DNA of 63,575 nucleotides, filler included. It is 4 parts of 4 records of this genome, joined end to end, with 100 filler letters (N's around TTAATTAATTAA, not from the genome) between each part and the next. Parts side by side here need not be neighbours in the genome. Positions count along the whole stretch, not along the records: positions 1 to 23,640 come from DRR723986_577; 3 more parts are not named here. The stretch is one strand, 5' to 3'. Position numbers and translations under genes: made by a program. Position 1 is the first letter of the stretch, and each line of letters starts with the position of its first letter. This document shows, in pieces, positions 1-10,680 of this stretch. The notes under the pieces were generated by a model. It was not told the DNA's origin. It ran no database searches and was given only the letters and a program-made list of their open reading frames with translations.

Positions 1-382
1 TCGTTACGTTATAGGAAGCAATTGTTAGTTGCCGAATTTTACGCCTAACCCACTAGTGATTGGTGCATAGGAGACTGGTTTAAAGACTTGGGGCTTGAAG
101 GTTTGGGGATTGTGGTTCGGCGACTAACAAGAGGGAAAAACAAGCGATGGGAATAGACCTGCAAGGGCTAGGCGCAGGGCGAAGTGTTTAGAACTCAAGT
201 CGAAATGTTGCGTGATGGTAGTTTAACGCTAGGATTGAGGTGGTTAACGGGAGAAAAATTTGCGCGTTAAGGATGTGCGTACAAGTTACGGGGAGAATTT
301 GCTATTAATGTGACTTGAATGATATCAGGGCTGACAATGCCAAACTGTTTGTGTAGATCGCGCCGGAATAGATGCAGGTTAT

Positions 383-1348
383 TTAGCGCCGATTGCGTTC
401 GATATTGATACTGCCGCTGACGGTTTTGGCCTGGATGAGTGTGCCGCCGCCATTGAGAATGCCGTAGACGTGTTTGCGCTTAATGTCGCCATTGAACCCG
501 TCGCGCGCGCCCATTGAAATGCTGCCGTCGTTGGTGACGGCGTCCAATTTGCCGGCTACACCTGGAGACAGGATGATGTCGATATCACCACTGTCTGCAT
601 TCAGTTCTATGCCCTGATTTTTGCCGGAGAGGTTGACTTCGATATCACCTTCGCGGCTTGCGGCATTGACCTGGGCCTTGGCGTTTGAAAGCGTAATATC
701 TCCGGTATTTGAAGCCATTTTGATAACGCCGAATGCATCGACTACATCAATATCGCCGGTTTTACTGAGGAGGGTTACACGACCGGTTACGTCGCTGACT
801 CTGATTTCACCGCCGGAGGTGGTTGCTGAAAGTTGGCCGGTGACGTGTTTGCTCACGATTTTACCGGCGAGAGTATGCAGCTTGATTTCTCCGCGCAAGT
901 TGCGAACGACAATGCGTCCTTCACGGGTTTTGGCCGTAACGCTGAAGTCACGTGGGACGTGAAGTGTGAATTTGGCACCAAAGCTCCACCAGCCCCATTG
1001 CAGATTAAATCTTCCTTTTCTGCGCGTGCCTTTTACGTGAATGTGCGGACCGGATTTGTTCATCGAGAGGTCAAAGCGACTGATTTCAGCTTGGTTGCCG
1101 CTCAGCTCTACGACCAGTTCGACCTGTTTGCGGTCCCAACTTTGAATCGAGACGTTGCCGAAGTCTGTGTCCAGGTTGATGAATTCGCCCGAAGCCACAT
1201 CAAATGTGCGTTTAATGGTGTTTGTCGCTGGTGTGGTAGCGATCAACGCGAGGGTTTCGGTCTTGACCGTGTCGACATTCTGTGCCGCCAAATGCGGGGC
1301 ACTGAGAAGTGTGCATGACAGGACAATATGAAGAACAAATAATTTCAT
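383..1348 (-). CDS. DUF4097-family beta-strand-repeat (adhesin-like) exported protein
   Basis: Signal peptide MKLFVLHIVLSCTLLSAPHLAA at ATG 1348 (the longer ORF to 1639 overlaps rsmB). Repeated T/S-x-x-G-x-I-x-V units (TSGGEIRV, SKTGDIDV, SNTGDITL, TNDGSIS, TVSGSINI). Confidence 0.8.
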   Translation of the reverse strand: MKLFVLHIVLSCTLLSAPHLAAQNVDTVKTETLALIATTPATNTIKRTFDVASGEFINLDTDFGNVSIQSWDRKQVELVVELSGNQAEISRFDLSMNKSGPHIHVKGTRRKGRFNLQWGWWSFGAKFTLHVPRDFSVTAKTREGRIVVRNLRGEIKLHTLAGKIVSKHVTGQLSATTSGGEIRVSDVTGRVTLLSKTGDIDVVDAFGVIKMASNTGDITLSNAKAQVNAASREGDIEVNLSGKNQGIELNADSGDIDIILSPGVAGKLDAVTNDGSISMGARDGFNGDIKRKHVYGILNGGGTLIQAKTVSGSINIERNRR

Positions 1349-1487
1349 GTATTTCCGAGCAAAACATTTTCCGAGCGCGGCCGGGGACCGATGCACTCGC
1401 CTGACCACGAAATTACGCAGGTCAGGCGAGACAGTTGCAAATTTTTTGCCGAGGCCCATTATCCTGCAAGGGTGAGCCGTGACTAAA

Positions 1488-2846
1488 TTATGTGCGTTTG
1501 AGTCTGATTGCAAAAGTACCGTCACAGGCATGTTTGTGTGGCAACGTTTGAAGGGCGGCGTTTGAGCAAATTTGAGCCGGAAGGTAGTTTTCAGCTGGAT
1601 CGATTGTGAATTCGGGATGCGCCTGCAGAAATTTGTCAACGACTGCGCGATTTTCCTCGGGTTCGGTTGTACAGGTGCTATACACTATTACACCGGCGGG
1701 TTTGAGCAAGGTAGCTGCGTGCTGCAGAATCGAAAGTTGTAGTTCGGCAAGCTGCTCGATATCGCTTAGAGTTCGCCGCCATTTGATTTCGGGTTTGCCT
1801 TGTAATGTGCCCAGACCACTACAGGGCGCGTCTATCAGGACCATATCCACCGGTTCGGGAGTTTGAATGGATCTGGCATCGGCTTCGAGCGTAGTGATGA
1901 TTGAGATTCCAAGGCGTTCGGCTGCAGTTTTGACCAGGGGGAGTTTCTTTTTGTATAGGTCTACAGCGGTCAGTTGACCCTGGTTTTGCATTAACTCTGC
2001 GCTGTAGACGCTTTTTCCACCCGGCGCACTGCAAAGATCAAGCACGTGTTGACCAGGCCTGGGGTCTGCGAGCAGCACCACGGAAGCTGCACCGGCATCC
2101 TGCACCGTGCAGCGTCCTTCCGCAAAAGCAGCAATTTCTTCCAGCGTTCCGGGCGTGTCAACATAAATGCAATCGGGCTGAAACTCGACTGCTCTGGCAT
2201 TCAGGTTGCTGCCACTGAGTTCCTGCAGGAGTTCATCGCGCGTTGTCCGCAGGCGATTGACGCGCAGGCAAGTTGGTGGCCTCAGGTTGTTGCTCTGGAG
2301 CAGTTGAGCACACTCCTCAGCACCAAAACGGTCCAGCCAGCGTTTGACGAGCCACTCCGGATGTGAATGCTCAATAGCCAGTCGCGTCAGCTGATCCTGC
2401 GGAAGAGCGGGGAGTGGCTTTTTGTTATAGGCTCGCAAAACTGCATTTACCATACCTGTCAGTCGGTTGCCATTGCGCTCGCGAACGTAGTTGACGGCTT
2501 CATTGATGGCTGCATGCGGTGGAATTCTATCCATCAGTTTCAACTGATAGAGCCCCGTGCGCATGGATGCCAGAACTGCATGCGGCAATTTTGAAATCTT
2601 TGCGCGGCAATGTTGTTGTAATATCCAGTCCAGCAGGCGGCGGTGGCGCAGAACACCTTTGACCAGTTCTGTGAGCAAATTGCGATCGCGCGCTTCAGGA
2701 ATGTGTGCCCGCGCATTGTCCAGGAGCTTGTCTGCATAAGCCTCGCGAGCTGTGACAGCAACTAAAATATCGCAGGCTTGCATGCGGATTGACTGCGGGC
2801 GCCGCTGTGCCGGTGAGTTTTTTTTTGCTTGTTGTTGATTGGACAT
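1488..2846 (-). CDS. rsmB: 16S rRNA (cytosine967-C5)-methyltransferase RsmB with N-terminal NusB-like domain
   Basis: PPHAAINEAV NusB-like region; VQD, DLCSAPGGKS, DAPCSGLG and VYSTCT motifs. Confidence 0.93.
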   Translation of the reverse strand: MSNQQQAKKNSPAQRRPQSIRMQACDILVAVTAREAYADKLLDNARAHIPEARDRNLLTELVKGVLRHRRLLDWILQQHCRAKISKLPHAVLASMRTGLYQLKLMDRIPPHAAINEAVNYVRERNGNRLTGMVNAVLRAYNKKPLPALPQDQLTRLAIEHSHPEWLVKRWLDRFGAEECAQLLQSNNLRPPTCLRVNRLRTTRDELLQELSGSNLNARAVEFQPDCIYVDTPGTLEEIAAFAEGRCTVQDAGAASVVLLADPRPGQHVLDLCSAPGGKSVYSAELMQNQGQLTAVDLYKKKLPLVKTAAERLGISIITTLEADARSIQTPEPVDMVLIDAPCSGLGTLQGKPEIKWRRTLSDIEQLAELQLSILQHAATLLKPAGVIVYSTCTTEPEENRAVVDKFLQAHPEFTIDPAENYLPAQICSNAALQTLPHKHACDGTFAIRLKRT

Positions 2847-3062
2847 GTATCATCCGGCGATTGCTTGTGTTATAGTCTGAGTACCCGAATCTGCGACTTC
2901 GAGTCTGCAGATTGACCGCCAAAAGATTGGGCGGATTTGCGGTTTACTGGCTGTGCCTTTGCATGCCATGTAACGCTTTAATATCTTGGAGCATCAATTC
3001 TCTGGGCATAGCCAAAAGCACCAAGTGACAAAGACGGCAACTTACAAACTCTGAACTTCGCT

Positions 3063-3914
3063 ATGAAAAGATTTCCACTGCTCTACATTTTGGCTGGATT
3101 GTTGTTCTGCAATTTGACCGTCGCTGCGCAAGACGATGGGAATGCGGAAAGGGAAAAACCCCCGAAAAAGCTTGAAAAAGAAGAGGAGACGCCGATTCGC
3201 CCGACTTTTGCCAAGAGCTGGCCCTGGTCAGTTGGTGCACTGATTGGAGCGTCCTTCAATTCGCAGGGAGGCACTTTCTATAGCGCTTGTGATTGTGAGT
3301 TTAATGAAGGTGGCGGTAGCGGCCTGGTACTTGGGGTATTTGCTGAGAAGCAGTTCTCCTCCAAGTTTGCCTACGGCCTGCGTTTGACGCATGAAGCCAA
3401 GGATATCACAGCAAAGTTTGTGGAGTTTGAGTCTGTCAGCCTGGTCAACGATACCGACGGTAGCAGCTTTGATGTGGCGGTGCGCTTCCGCCATGAAGCC
3501 AGGACTGAACTTGCGGCCCTGGCCCTGACGCCCTATTTGCAGTTTACTCCTTTTAAGGCGATGTTTTTGCAGGCCGGATTTTCAGGACAATATCTGTACT
3601 CAGCTAAAATTGTCAGCGAAAAACAACTTGCTGAACGTACGATTCGCGACCCCAGCAATGGTCAATTGTTAGATATTGGCCTCGACGGTCAGCGCAGTTT
3701 AACACAGACGGTTGAAGACGGTGATATTCAGGATCTGAATCCGTTTCAGATGTACGCGAGTTTTATGATTGGGATAAATATTCACTTTTCTGAAGACTTC
3801 GCTTTTATTCCAATGTTCAACTTTGGGATCCCGCTCACAACGATCTCCGAGCGTGGAGAAGATTTTAGCATTTCAACTGGTCAACTGCTGTTTGGGTTTC
3901 GCAAAACCCTTTGA
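3063..3914 (+). CDS. Outer-membrane beta-barrel protein (PorT/OMP_b-brl_2-like)
   Basis: Signal peptide, amphipathic beta-strand pattern, C-terminal strand QLLFGFRKTL. Confidence 0.65.
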   Translation: MKRFPLLYILAGLLFCNLTVAAQDDGNAEREKPPKKLEKEEETPIRPTFAKSWPWSVGALIGASFNSQGGTFYSACDCEFNEGGGSGLVLGVFAEKQFSSKFAYGLRLTHEAKDITAKFVEFESVSLVNDTDGSSFDVAVRFRHEARTELAALALTPYLQFTPFKAMFLQAGFSGQYLYSAKIVSEKQLAERTIRDPSNGQLLDIGLDGQRSLTQTVEDGDIQDLNPFQMYASFMIGINIHFSEDFAFIPMFNFGIPLTTISERGEDFSISTGQLLFGFRKTL

Positions 3915-4514
3915 AATCACCTTCTGCGGGCAGCAAGCCAAAAAAAGTCTGAGACATTTTGCCTGAAAACCGGTCGCTCTGAGGCCGGCCCATACTGCAC
4001 GTTGTGCAAAAAGTTCATTTGCCGGACCTGACGCCAAAAAACTCACTATTGTTGAATTAATCGGCGGTAAATGATAACTTCATTAGTCTGTGCTGTTACC
4101 TGAATCGTTCTATACGAGTATTTCAAGTCGAATTCAAGTGGTGCGGCCAGCGTTCTTTGGTTGATTCAAACGCAACCGGTACACATTCGCGGGTAAAAAC
4201 ACCGCAAGGTCCAGGCGGTGCAGTGATATGTGGTTCATTGAAACCAACAGTCCTGTCTGCAATCAAACCGGTGGCGGAAAAACACGGAACGCTTTGAACG
4301 CGCTGAATGCTTCTTTGTCTTAACCTATAACTGGCGTGCAAGCAATTATCCCAAGGTGTTTTTCGTACAATTCTAGTAAAGCTGTCGGTGACGGCCTAGG
4401 CATTTGTTACGTTAAATTCCTATATTGAGCGGCTGTGCGCCCAGGTACGGGGACAACGACAGATTTGATTCCGATGATCATAAAAATGTTTCATTCATAG
4501 CCTGGTAGGTGGGT

Positions 4515-7154
4515 ATGCGACTACTCCTGTCCACGTTTGTGGTGCTTTTGACAATGTCTATTACGCCTTTGTGCGCAGATTCGCCGGCAGGTGCTAATCC
4601 AGTTGGCATGGCGTCAGCGCAAGTGGCTCAATCTCAGCTCTATTTGTTCGGAGCTGCTTTAGCCAGCGCACCGCAAGACGAAAATCTCGGAGTGCTCGGC
4701 AACGAGAATATTCGGATTATCAATCTTGGCCCCATCGTGAATTACGAGGGATTGGATTATGCGCCGACGATCTCCGCAGATGGCAAGACTCTGTATTTTG
4801 TCTCAGATCGTGAAGGAAGTGTCCTGAATGACGATGAAGATCCTTCTCACGATTTCTGGTACGCAACCAAACCGGACAACTACGACACGGTTTTTTCCAA
4901 GCCGTTAAACCTGGACCCGAATTCTCCTTACGGTCGCCAGGGAACAAATACACCGCGTAACGAAGGTGTAGCTTCTATCTCAGCCGACCAGCAATTACTT
5001 GTTTTCACTGGTTGCGACCGTGAAGATGGTATCGGTGGCTGTGACCTTTATATCTCAGAGATTAATGAAGATGGTACATGGGGCCTGCCAAAGAATCTTG
5101 GCCGCACCGTGAATTCAGAAGCCTGGGACTCACAGCCTTCAATTGCACCTGACAAAAGTCGAATCTACTTTGCTTCAAACCGCGATGGCGGTGAAGGTGA
5201 AATGGATATCTGGTACACAGAGTTTGACTTTGAATTTGAAGAGTGGCAGGAAGCGGTCAACCTTGGCCCAACGATCAACACTGATGAGGATGACTGGTCA
5301 CCTTTTATCAATGCTGACAATGAAACACTCTTTATCTCCTCAGCTGGACATAAACCAAATCTTGGTGGATTTGACTTCTTCATTTCGCGTAAAAACGACA
5401 CTGGAGATTGGACCAAACCCGAAAATATTGGTGAGCCGATTAACACTGAGCAGGATGAGTTCTTTATCTCCGCACCTGCTTCCGGTGACATCCTCTATTT
5501 TGCATCACGTCGTCAAGACATTGATCGCTTCCAGGGTGACTACGACATCTTCATGGCATTTGTGCCAACATTCTTCCGTACACAGCAGTTGACTGTTGAG
5601 GTGCTTGACGAATGTACTGGTGAATCGATTCCAGCAACGGTTGAAGTCGTCAATCAGACTACGCGCGACCAGAAAACTGGGAGCCTGACTGGTGACGGAA
5701 CGTTCTACAATCAGACGATTAACCCGCTGGACTTTGGCGATGCCAAGGATTCAATCATGCAGATCACGCTGAAGATTTCGGCGTCGAATCCTGCATACGG
5801 TGTTGTATCAACTGAATTGAAAGTTGACAAGCCCGCCAAAATTGAAGACAAAGAAGAAGCTGCCAAAGTCATTACACTTGACAAAGTCACAATCCGCCTT
5901 GGCCAGCGTCCAAAACTCTCGGCGGAAATGGATTTCTCTGATTATTCCAAAGCCAATCCATCAGATCCAGAGTTCGGCAAGTTCAAGGGCCTTGTGATGC
6001 AGGAGATTCAGACTCGTACGCTGTATCCACTGCTGAACTATGTTTTCTTTGATGAAGGTGGCTCAGATATTCCAGGCCGTTACATTCTGTTTGATTCACC
6101 CGCGCAAGTTGGTGCATTTGATGACAACAAAATTCCCGGTGGTACTTTTGAGAAGTACTATAACATCCTGAATATTTACGGCTATCGCATGAAAAACAAT
6201 CCCGAAGCCAAGCTGGAAGTAGTTGGGTATATCGGGACGGTTAGTCCAGACGAAAAAGATCCGAAAACGGCCGAAGTTCGTGCCACCAATGTGTACAACT
6301 ATCTGAAAGATGTTTGGGGCATTGAGGAGTCACGCATGGATGTCAAGTGGGGCAAAAAACCGAAGTTGCCTTCAAATACGCGTGACAGCATGGGGCAGCA
6401 GGAAAACCGTCGAGTTGAACTACTCTCCAAAGATTGGGAAATTGTTAAGCCGATCATCGATACGGATCCAACGCTTTTCCCATCACCGGAGACGATGACC
6501 TTCCTGATGGAGAATGGTATTGACGACAATATCGTTGCCGAGCGTCGTATTGAAATTACACATGGCGGCAAACCTTGGATCAATTTGAGTGATATCGGTA
6601 CAACCGACGCTTCGGCTGAGTGGGATTGGCACAACAGTGATGAAGTTCTACCAAAGAAAGGTGACGAGTCACCGTTTCAGGCGCGCTTGGTTGTTACGTC
6701 CAATAACGGCCGCGAGTGTATCTCGGATCCTATTACGATTTTGGTCAAACAAATTGAAACCAAAGAAACCGGTGTGGGATCTGAAGGTGACAAAACGCTT
6801 GAGACGTACAATCTTGTACTTTTCAAGTTTAACAGTGACCAGGCTGGTAGCCTCAACGAGCGCATCTTAAAAGAGTTCGTGTATGATCGCGTTTTTCCAA
6901 CTACGGAGATTGAGATCGTCGGTCATACTGACGTTGTTGGTCTTTACGAAGTCAACGAGCGTTTGTCAAAACGTCGTGCTGCTACAGTTGAAAAATCGAT
7001 CAAGGCCAATCGCAAGAAATACCTGTCGTTTACTACCGACGGTGTAGGTGAAGATGATGCTCTGTACACGAACGAATCGCCTGAGGGGCGTTTCTACAAC
7101 CGTACAGTTCAAATCCAGATCCAGACTCCTCTGAGCGAGTTTAAGTCCAACTGA
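4515..7154 (+). CDS. PorE-like protein: PD40 beta-propeller, carboxypeptidase-regulatory-like region and two OmpA-like domains
   Basis: PD40 repeats (PTISADGKTLYFVSDR, PSIAPDKSRIYFASNR, PFINADNETLFISS). OmpA-like motifs occur twice (YVFFDEG...ENRRVEL; LFKFNS...GHTD...YNRTVQI). Start is ATG 4515 or GTG 4509. Confidence 0.8.
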   Translation: MRLLLSTFVVLLTMSITPLCADSPAGANPVGMASAQVAQSQLYLFGAALASAPQDENLGVLGNENIRIINLGPIVNYEGLDYAPTISADGKTLYFVSDREGSVLNDDEDPSHDFWYATKPDNYDTVFSKPLNLDPNSPYGRQGTNTPRNEGVASISADQQLLVFTGCDREDGIGGCDLYISEINEDGTWGLPKNLGRTVNSEAWDSQPSIAPDKSRIYFASNRDGGEGEMDIWYTEFDFEFEEWQEAVNLGPTINTDEDDWSPFINADNETLFISSAGHKPNLGGFDFFISRKNDTGDWTKPENIGEPINTEQDEFFISAPASGDILYFASRRQDIDRFQGDYDIFMAFVPTFFRTQQLTVEVLDECTGESIPATVEVVNQTTRDQKTGSLTGDGTFYNQTINPLDFGDAKDSIMQITLKISASNPAYGVVSTELKVDKPAKIEDKEEAAKVITLDKVTIRLGQRPKLSAEMDFSDYSKANPSDPEFGKFKGLVMQEIQTRTLYPLLNYVFFDEGGSDIPGRYILFDSPAQVGAFDDNKIPGGTFEKYYNILNIYGYRMKNNPEAKLEVVGYIGTVSPDEKDPKTAEVRATNVYNYLKDVWGIEESRMDVKWGKKPKLPSNTRDSMGQQENRRVELLSKDWEIVKPIIDTDPTLFPSPETMTFLMENGIDDNIVAERRIEITHGGKPWINLSDIGTTDASAEWDWHNSDEVLPKKGDESPFQARLVVTSNNGRECISDPITILVKQIETKETGVGSEGDKTLETYNLVLFKFNSDQAGSLNERILKEFVYDRVFPTTEIEIVGHTDVVGLYEVNERLSKRRAATVEKSIKANRKKYLSFTTDGVGEDDALYTNESPEGRFYNRTVQIQIQTPLSEFKSN

Positions 7155-7206
7155 TGATGAACCGATAGCCACAGGTAGATTCACTTGTGGTTTTCTGAGA
7201 ACATCT

Positions 7207-7242
7207 AAAAAGAGCGAGAATTTATTCTCGCTCTTTTTTTTT
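7207..7242 (+). terminator. Rho-independent (bidirectional) terminator
   Basis: AAAAAGAGCGAGAAT-TT-ATTCTCGCTCTTTTT hairpin followed by a T run. Confidence 0.85.
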
Positions 7243-7695
7243 GCCATGGAGACGGATTTTTACCCTAAGTGTCAATCAATGATCGTGGGGCACACGTATA
7301 TACGGTTGGAATTCGCATGACTACTGTATTTTGACACTTACGAGTTGGTCAGGCGAGTTAAGAAGTGGGGGATGTTCCCTCCAGAATTTCGCAATTAATT
7401 TTTAGGCAAGTTGGATAGAGGGCGGGAGGCACCTCCTAACCTAGATGGTAGCCCGCCAACATTCAGCGATACCCCTATATAGGCAATGATCGTTCCCCAG
7501 GCGATTGTGGTGGATCAAAATTTTGCGTGATCCAGCTTTATAGCCCGGCATCATACGGCAAAACGCAGAATACCTTGAGTTTTGAGTTGCCAGGCAATTC
7601 GTGCAAACTTCATACACACAGTATCTTTATCGAGGATAGCTCACATGAGATCGTCATCCCCTCTTTCGACATTGAGCATGCCAGGGCGTTCCTGC

Positions 7696-10452
7696 ATGAA
7701 ACCGTATATCCTCTTGATTTCCGTTTTTTTACTCAGCACAGCCATCCCGGTTGAATCACAGGAATTTGAGGTTCCGCCGATAGAAAGGCGCTTAAATAAT
7801 GGAATGACGGGCAAGGACTTTTGGTTCGCCATTCCTCCAACAATTGGTTCGTTTGGCGGCTCTGAGAATCTTTACATCGTGGTGTCATCGATGGTCGACA
7901 CCCGCTTCGAAATAACGGTCGGCGGCGGCTCACCGCTGCAAAAAGAAGTCAAAGCCCACGAACTTACTGTGCTTTCAACGGACAACAACGAGGCAAACTG
8001 GGCGTGGGAAGTTCAGAACAGCGAACAAATCGCTGATCTTGGAATTAACCTCAAGGCAGATGACCCGGTTTCCGTATCAGTGGTAACTGCCAAATCACGT
8101 GCGGCTGACAGCTACACGGTGCTTCCGACCAAAATGCTTGGGAATGACTACATCGTCGGCACGTATTACGACTATCCGGGTTTTGGTGCCAACGGCGATA
8201 TTGGCGGCGGATTCCTGATTGTTGCGACTGAAGACGGAACAACTGTCAACTTCGAATTGGATGGAGTTGATGTTGGCCCGGGCGAAACATTTGGCGGATT
8301 GAGCGTCGGTGACCGGCGAACTATTAATATGCGCGCCGGAGAGGCATATGCGGTTATGAGCGAGGGGGAGGCTGAACCGGGGCAGTTTGATCTGACCGGC
8401 TCAAGAATTACTTCATCCAAACCAATCGCAGTAATTGGATTTCACCAGCGTGCAGGAATTCCTGCCGCCGCCGGTTTTTTTGCTTCGACTGGTGGCCTCT
8501 GTGAAATGATGACTCCTATTTCAGCATGGGGCAAGAGCTTTGCTTCCTACCAGTTTAGCAATGCAGGGCAGGGGACGTATTATCGCATTATTGCCTCTGA
8601 ACCTGATACCCGTTATGAGGTCTTCTCATATTCCAACGGCGAGATCAATAATACCAAGTCAGGGCTGCTTTCGCAACCTGGTGACATGAAAGAGTTCAGC
8701 GAGTCAAATCCGAATCAAAACCAGGGTGGTTTCCTCTTGGATGCTGTTTTGTGGCAGTCTGACAAGCCGATCATGGTGATGCAGTACTCGTTTGGCGAAA
8801 ACTTTAACTCCGGCCAGCCATTTATGAATCAGGTGCCGCCGCTTGAACAAGGAATCAAGAGTTCATTCTTCAATGTGCCGAGTGACATCGCAGGTGGAAA
8901 GCTGAATGTTTTTGCAAAGGGGGATCCGGATGATCCGGAAGCGACTCTGTTGCGTTCGGTGACTCTCAACGGGAAACAGCTGGTAACGAGCAATCCGAGT
9001 TTCATCGTGAATGCAATACCCGGAACAAACTGGTACTACACTGAGATTGATGTTCAGTCGGGGCATTATATTCTGGACGGCCTGACTGAACATACGGCGA
9101 TTTTGTACGGACGCGTTAGTCCGGGCGGCGGCGGATTTACGCAAGGCGGATTTTCCATGCCGGTCTCCATGGCTCTAAACGACTTGACGGAGATTGATAC
9201 TTCCCGGCCGACTATCTCCGTATCTCTGGAATGTGGCATTGCTACAGTTCTAGTAGAGGATAACGAAGCTATCTCGGCAGTTGAGTTTCTACCTGAAGAC
9301 AGTGAAAATGCCAAATTCACAAGAATTACACCTGAGTCCGTACTGCAACTGAATGGAGTGACTCAGTATAGTTTTAGTATCGGTCCGCATGTTGGTGGTG
9401 AGCTGGCACCTGTAACCGGCAAATTCGCATTGCTGGATCGGGCTGGAAATATTGTGCTTGAGACTGTTGAGATTCCGGCTTCGACTGAATTCGTTGAGGC
9501 TTCACCCAGCAACCTGAATTTTGGCGCTGTGCGCCTTGAGGCTACTGAGGAACGCACAACAAGTCTGGAAAATCCAACGGCAGCGCCGATTGAGATTCTT
9601 GAGCTGGAGTTGGCTGTCGGCACCGTATTTACGAAGGTTGACTGGCCGACGACACCTTTTACGCTTCCAGCCGCCGGATCTATCGAACTGAAGCTTCTGT
9701 ACGCGCCGGACCGTGAGGATGCCGACAACACAATGCCTGACCGCGATACGATCATCGCTTCATCTGAATGTTATGAGTTCCGTGCTGCCGCCGCTTTTGG
9801 CCGCGGAGTGACAGCGAATACTGCATTTGAGGGTGAGGCTGTGTGGACCGCCAATACGACAGAAGTGGGAGAGCCGGACGACTGTTACGAAGGGGAAGAC
9901 TTTGGATTGCGCAACTATGGATCTGACGTCGTGACAATCACGAGTATCCGCTTGGACGGCGTGGATTGGGCCGATGTGCCTTTTGACCCGGGCACACTCG
10001 AAATTCCGAATGACGGATTCCCGCTGGGACCAGACCAGGTATTTTATGTGTCGGGCATGTGTTTTGCGCCGACCGAAGCAGGGGAATTTGAAGTTCGGGT
10101 GATTTTTGAGACTGATGCCGGGGAAGACATTGCGATGACCTGGCGTGGAGAAGCTACAAATACAACTGACGTCACGGATAATGCACTCCCAGGCTACCAA
10201 TTGCGGAGCCCACGTCCGAATCCGGCTGACGCAGAAACGCTCATCGCGTTTTCGCTGGGACGCAGTGGCCACGTACGTCTGCAGCTCTTTGATGCTGGTG
10301 GCAGTCTGGTGGCTGTGCTACTTGATGAAGTCCGGACGGCAGGTGAGCACTCTGTGCGGGTCAAGACTGACGCGCTTGCATCCGGTCGTTACTACTATCA
10401 CATTGAATCAGGCGGCTTTGTGGCGGACTTGCCATTGCAATTGTTGCGCTAA
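7696..10452 (+). CDS. T9SS cargo paralogue 1: IgGFc-binding-like N-terminal region, Ig/ASH (choice-of-anchor D-like) domains, T9SS CTD
   Basis: Signal peptide MKPYILLISVFLLSTAIPVES. Motifs GKDFWFAIP, DLTGSRITSSKPIAV, PISAWG, DRAGN, LNFGAV. CTD PNPA...LFDAGG...LASGRYYYHIE. Confidence 0.8.
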   Translation: MKPYILLISVFLLSTAIPVESQEFEVPPIERRLNNGMTGKDFWFAIPPTIGSFGGSENLYIVVSSMVDTRFEITVGGGSPLQKEVKAHELTVLSTDNNEANWAWEVQNSEQIADLGINLKADDPVSVSVVTAKSRAADSYTVLPTKMLGNDYIVGTYYDYPGFGANGDIGGGFLIVATEDGTTVNFELDGVDVGPGETFGGLSVGDRRTINMRAGEAYAVMSEGEAEPGQFDLTGSRITSSKPIAVIGFHQRAGIPAAAGFFASTGGLCEMMTPISAWGKSFASYQFSNAGQGTYYRIIASEPDTRYEVFSYSNGEINNTKSGLLSQPGDMKEFSESNPNQNQGGFLLDAVLWQSDKPIMVMQYSFGENFNSGQPFMNQVPPLEQGIKSSFFNVPSDIAGGKLNVFAKGDPDDPEATLLRSVTLNGKQLVTSNPSFIVNAIPGTNWYYTEIDVQSGHYILDGLTEHTAILYGRVSPGGGGFTQGGFSMPVSMALNDLTEIDTSRPTISVSLECGIATVLVEDNEAISAVEFLPEDSENAKFTRITPESVLQLNGVTQYSFSIGPHVGGELAPVTGKFALLDRAGNIVLETVEIPASTEFVEASPSNLNFGAVRLEATEERTTSLENPTAAPIEILELELAVGTVFTKVDWPTTPFTLPAAGSIELKLLYAPDREDADNTMPDRDTIIASSECYEFRAAAAFGRGVTANTAFEGEAVWTANTTEVGEPDDCYEGEDFGLRNYGSDVVTITSIRLDGVDWADVPFDPGTLEIPNDGFPLGPDQVFYVSGMCFAPTEAGEFEVRVIFETDAGEDIAMTWRGEATNTTDVTDNALPGYQLRSPRPNPADAETLIAFSLGRSGHVRLQLFDAGGSLVAVLLDEVRTAGEHSVRVKTDALASGRYYYHIESGGFVADLPLQLLR

Positions 10453-10472
10453 GATGGCCATCAGATCAAATT

Positions 10473-10508
10473 AAAGGCGATCACCTATTTGGTGGTCGCC
10501 TTTTTTTT
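10473..10508 (+). terminator. Rho-independent terminator
   Basis: AAAGGCGATCACC-TATTT-GGTGGTCGCC followed by T8. Confidence 0.85.
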
Positions 10509-10680
10509 GTGCTGAAAAATTGAAAAAACTTCCAAAAAAAATCGGTCGTGGGGTTTACTTTCATGTTGAATTGTGATAAATTCTTCCCGCAACAAATCGA
10601 TCGCTGCCCAAGTCCTTCATGCCGATACCGTCAGGTAGTCAAGCGATCGAGAAGATCAAACATAGCTAGCCCCTACTGCA

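Noticed and set aside
1-382. Purine-rich non-coding stretch at the window start
   Set aside because: No ORF, repeat or RNA motif that I can support.
1349-1639. N-terminal extension of the 418-aa ORF
   Set aside because: It overlaps rsmB; the signal peptide begins at ATG 1348.
10597-10650. 9-bp inverted repeat TCGATCGCT/AGCGATCGA upstream of paralogue 2
   Set aside because: Short, partly self-palindromic, and matches no riboswitch I recognise.
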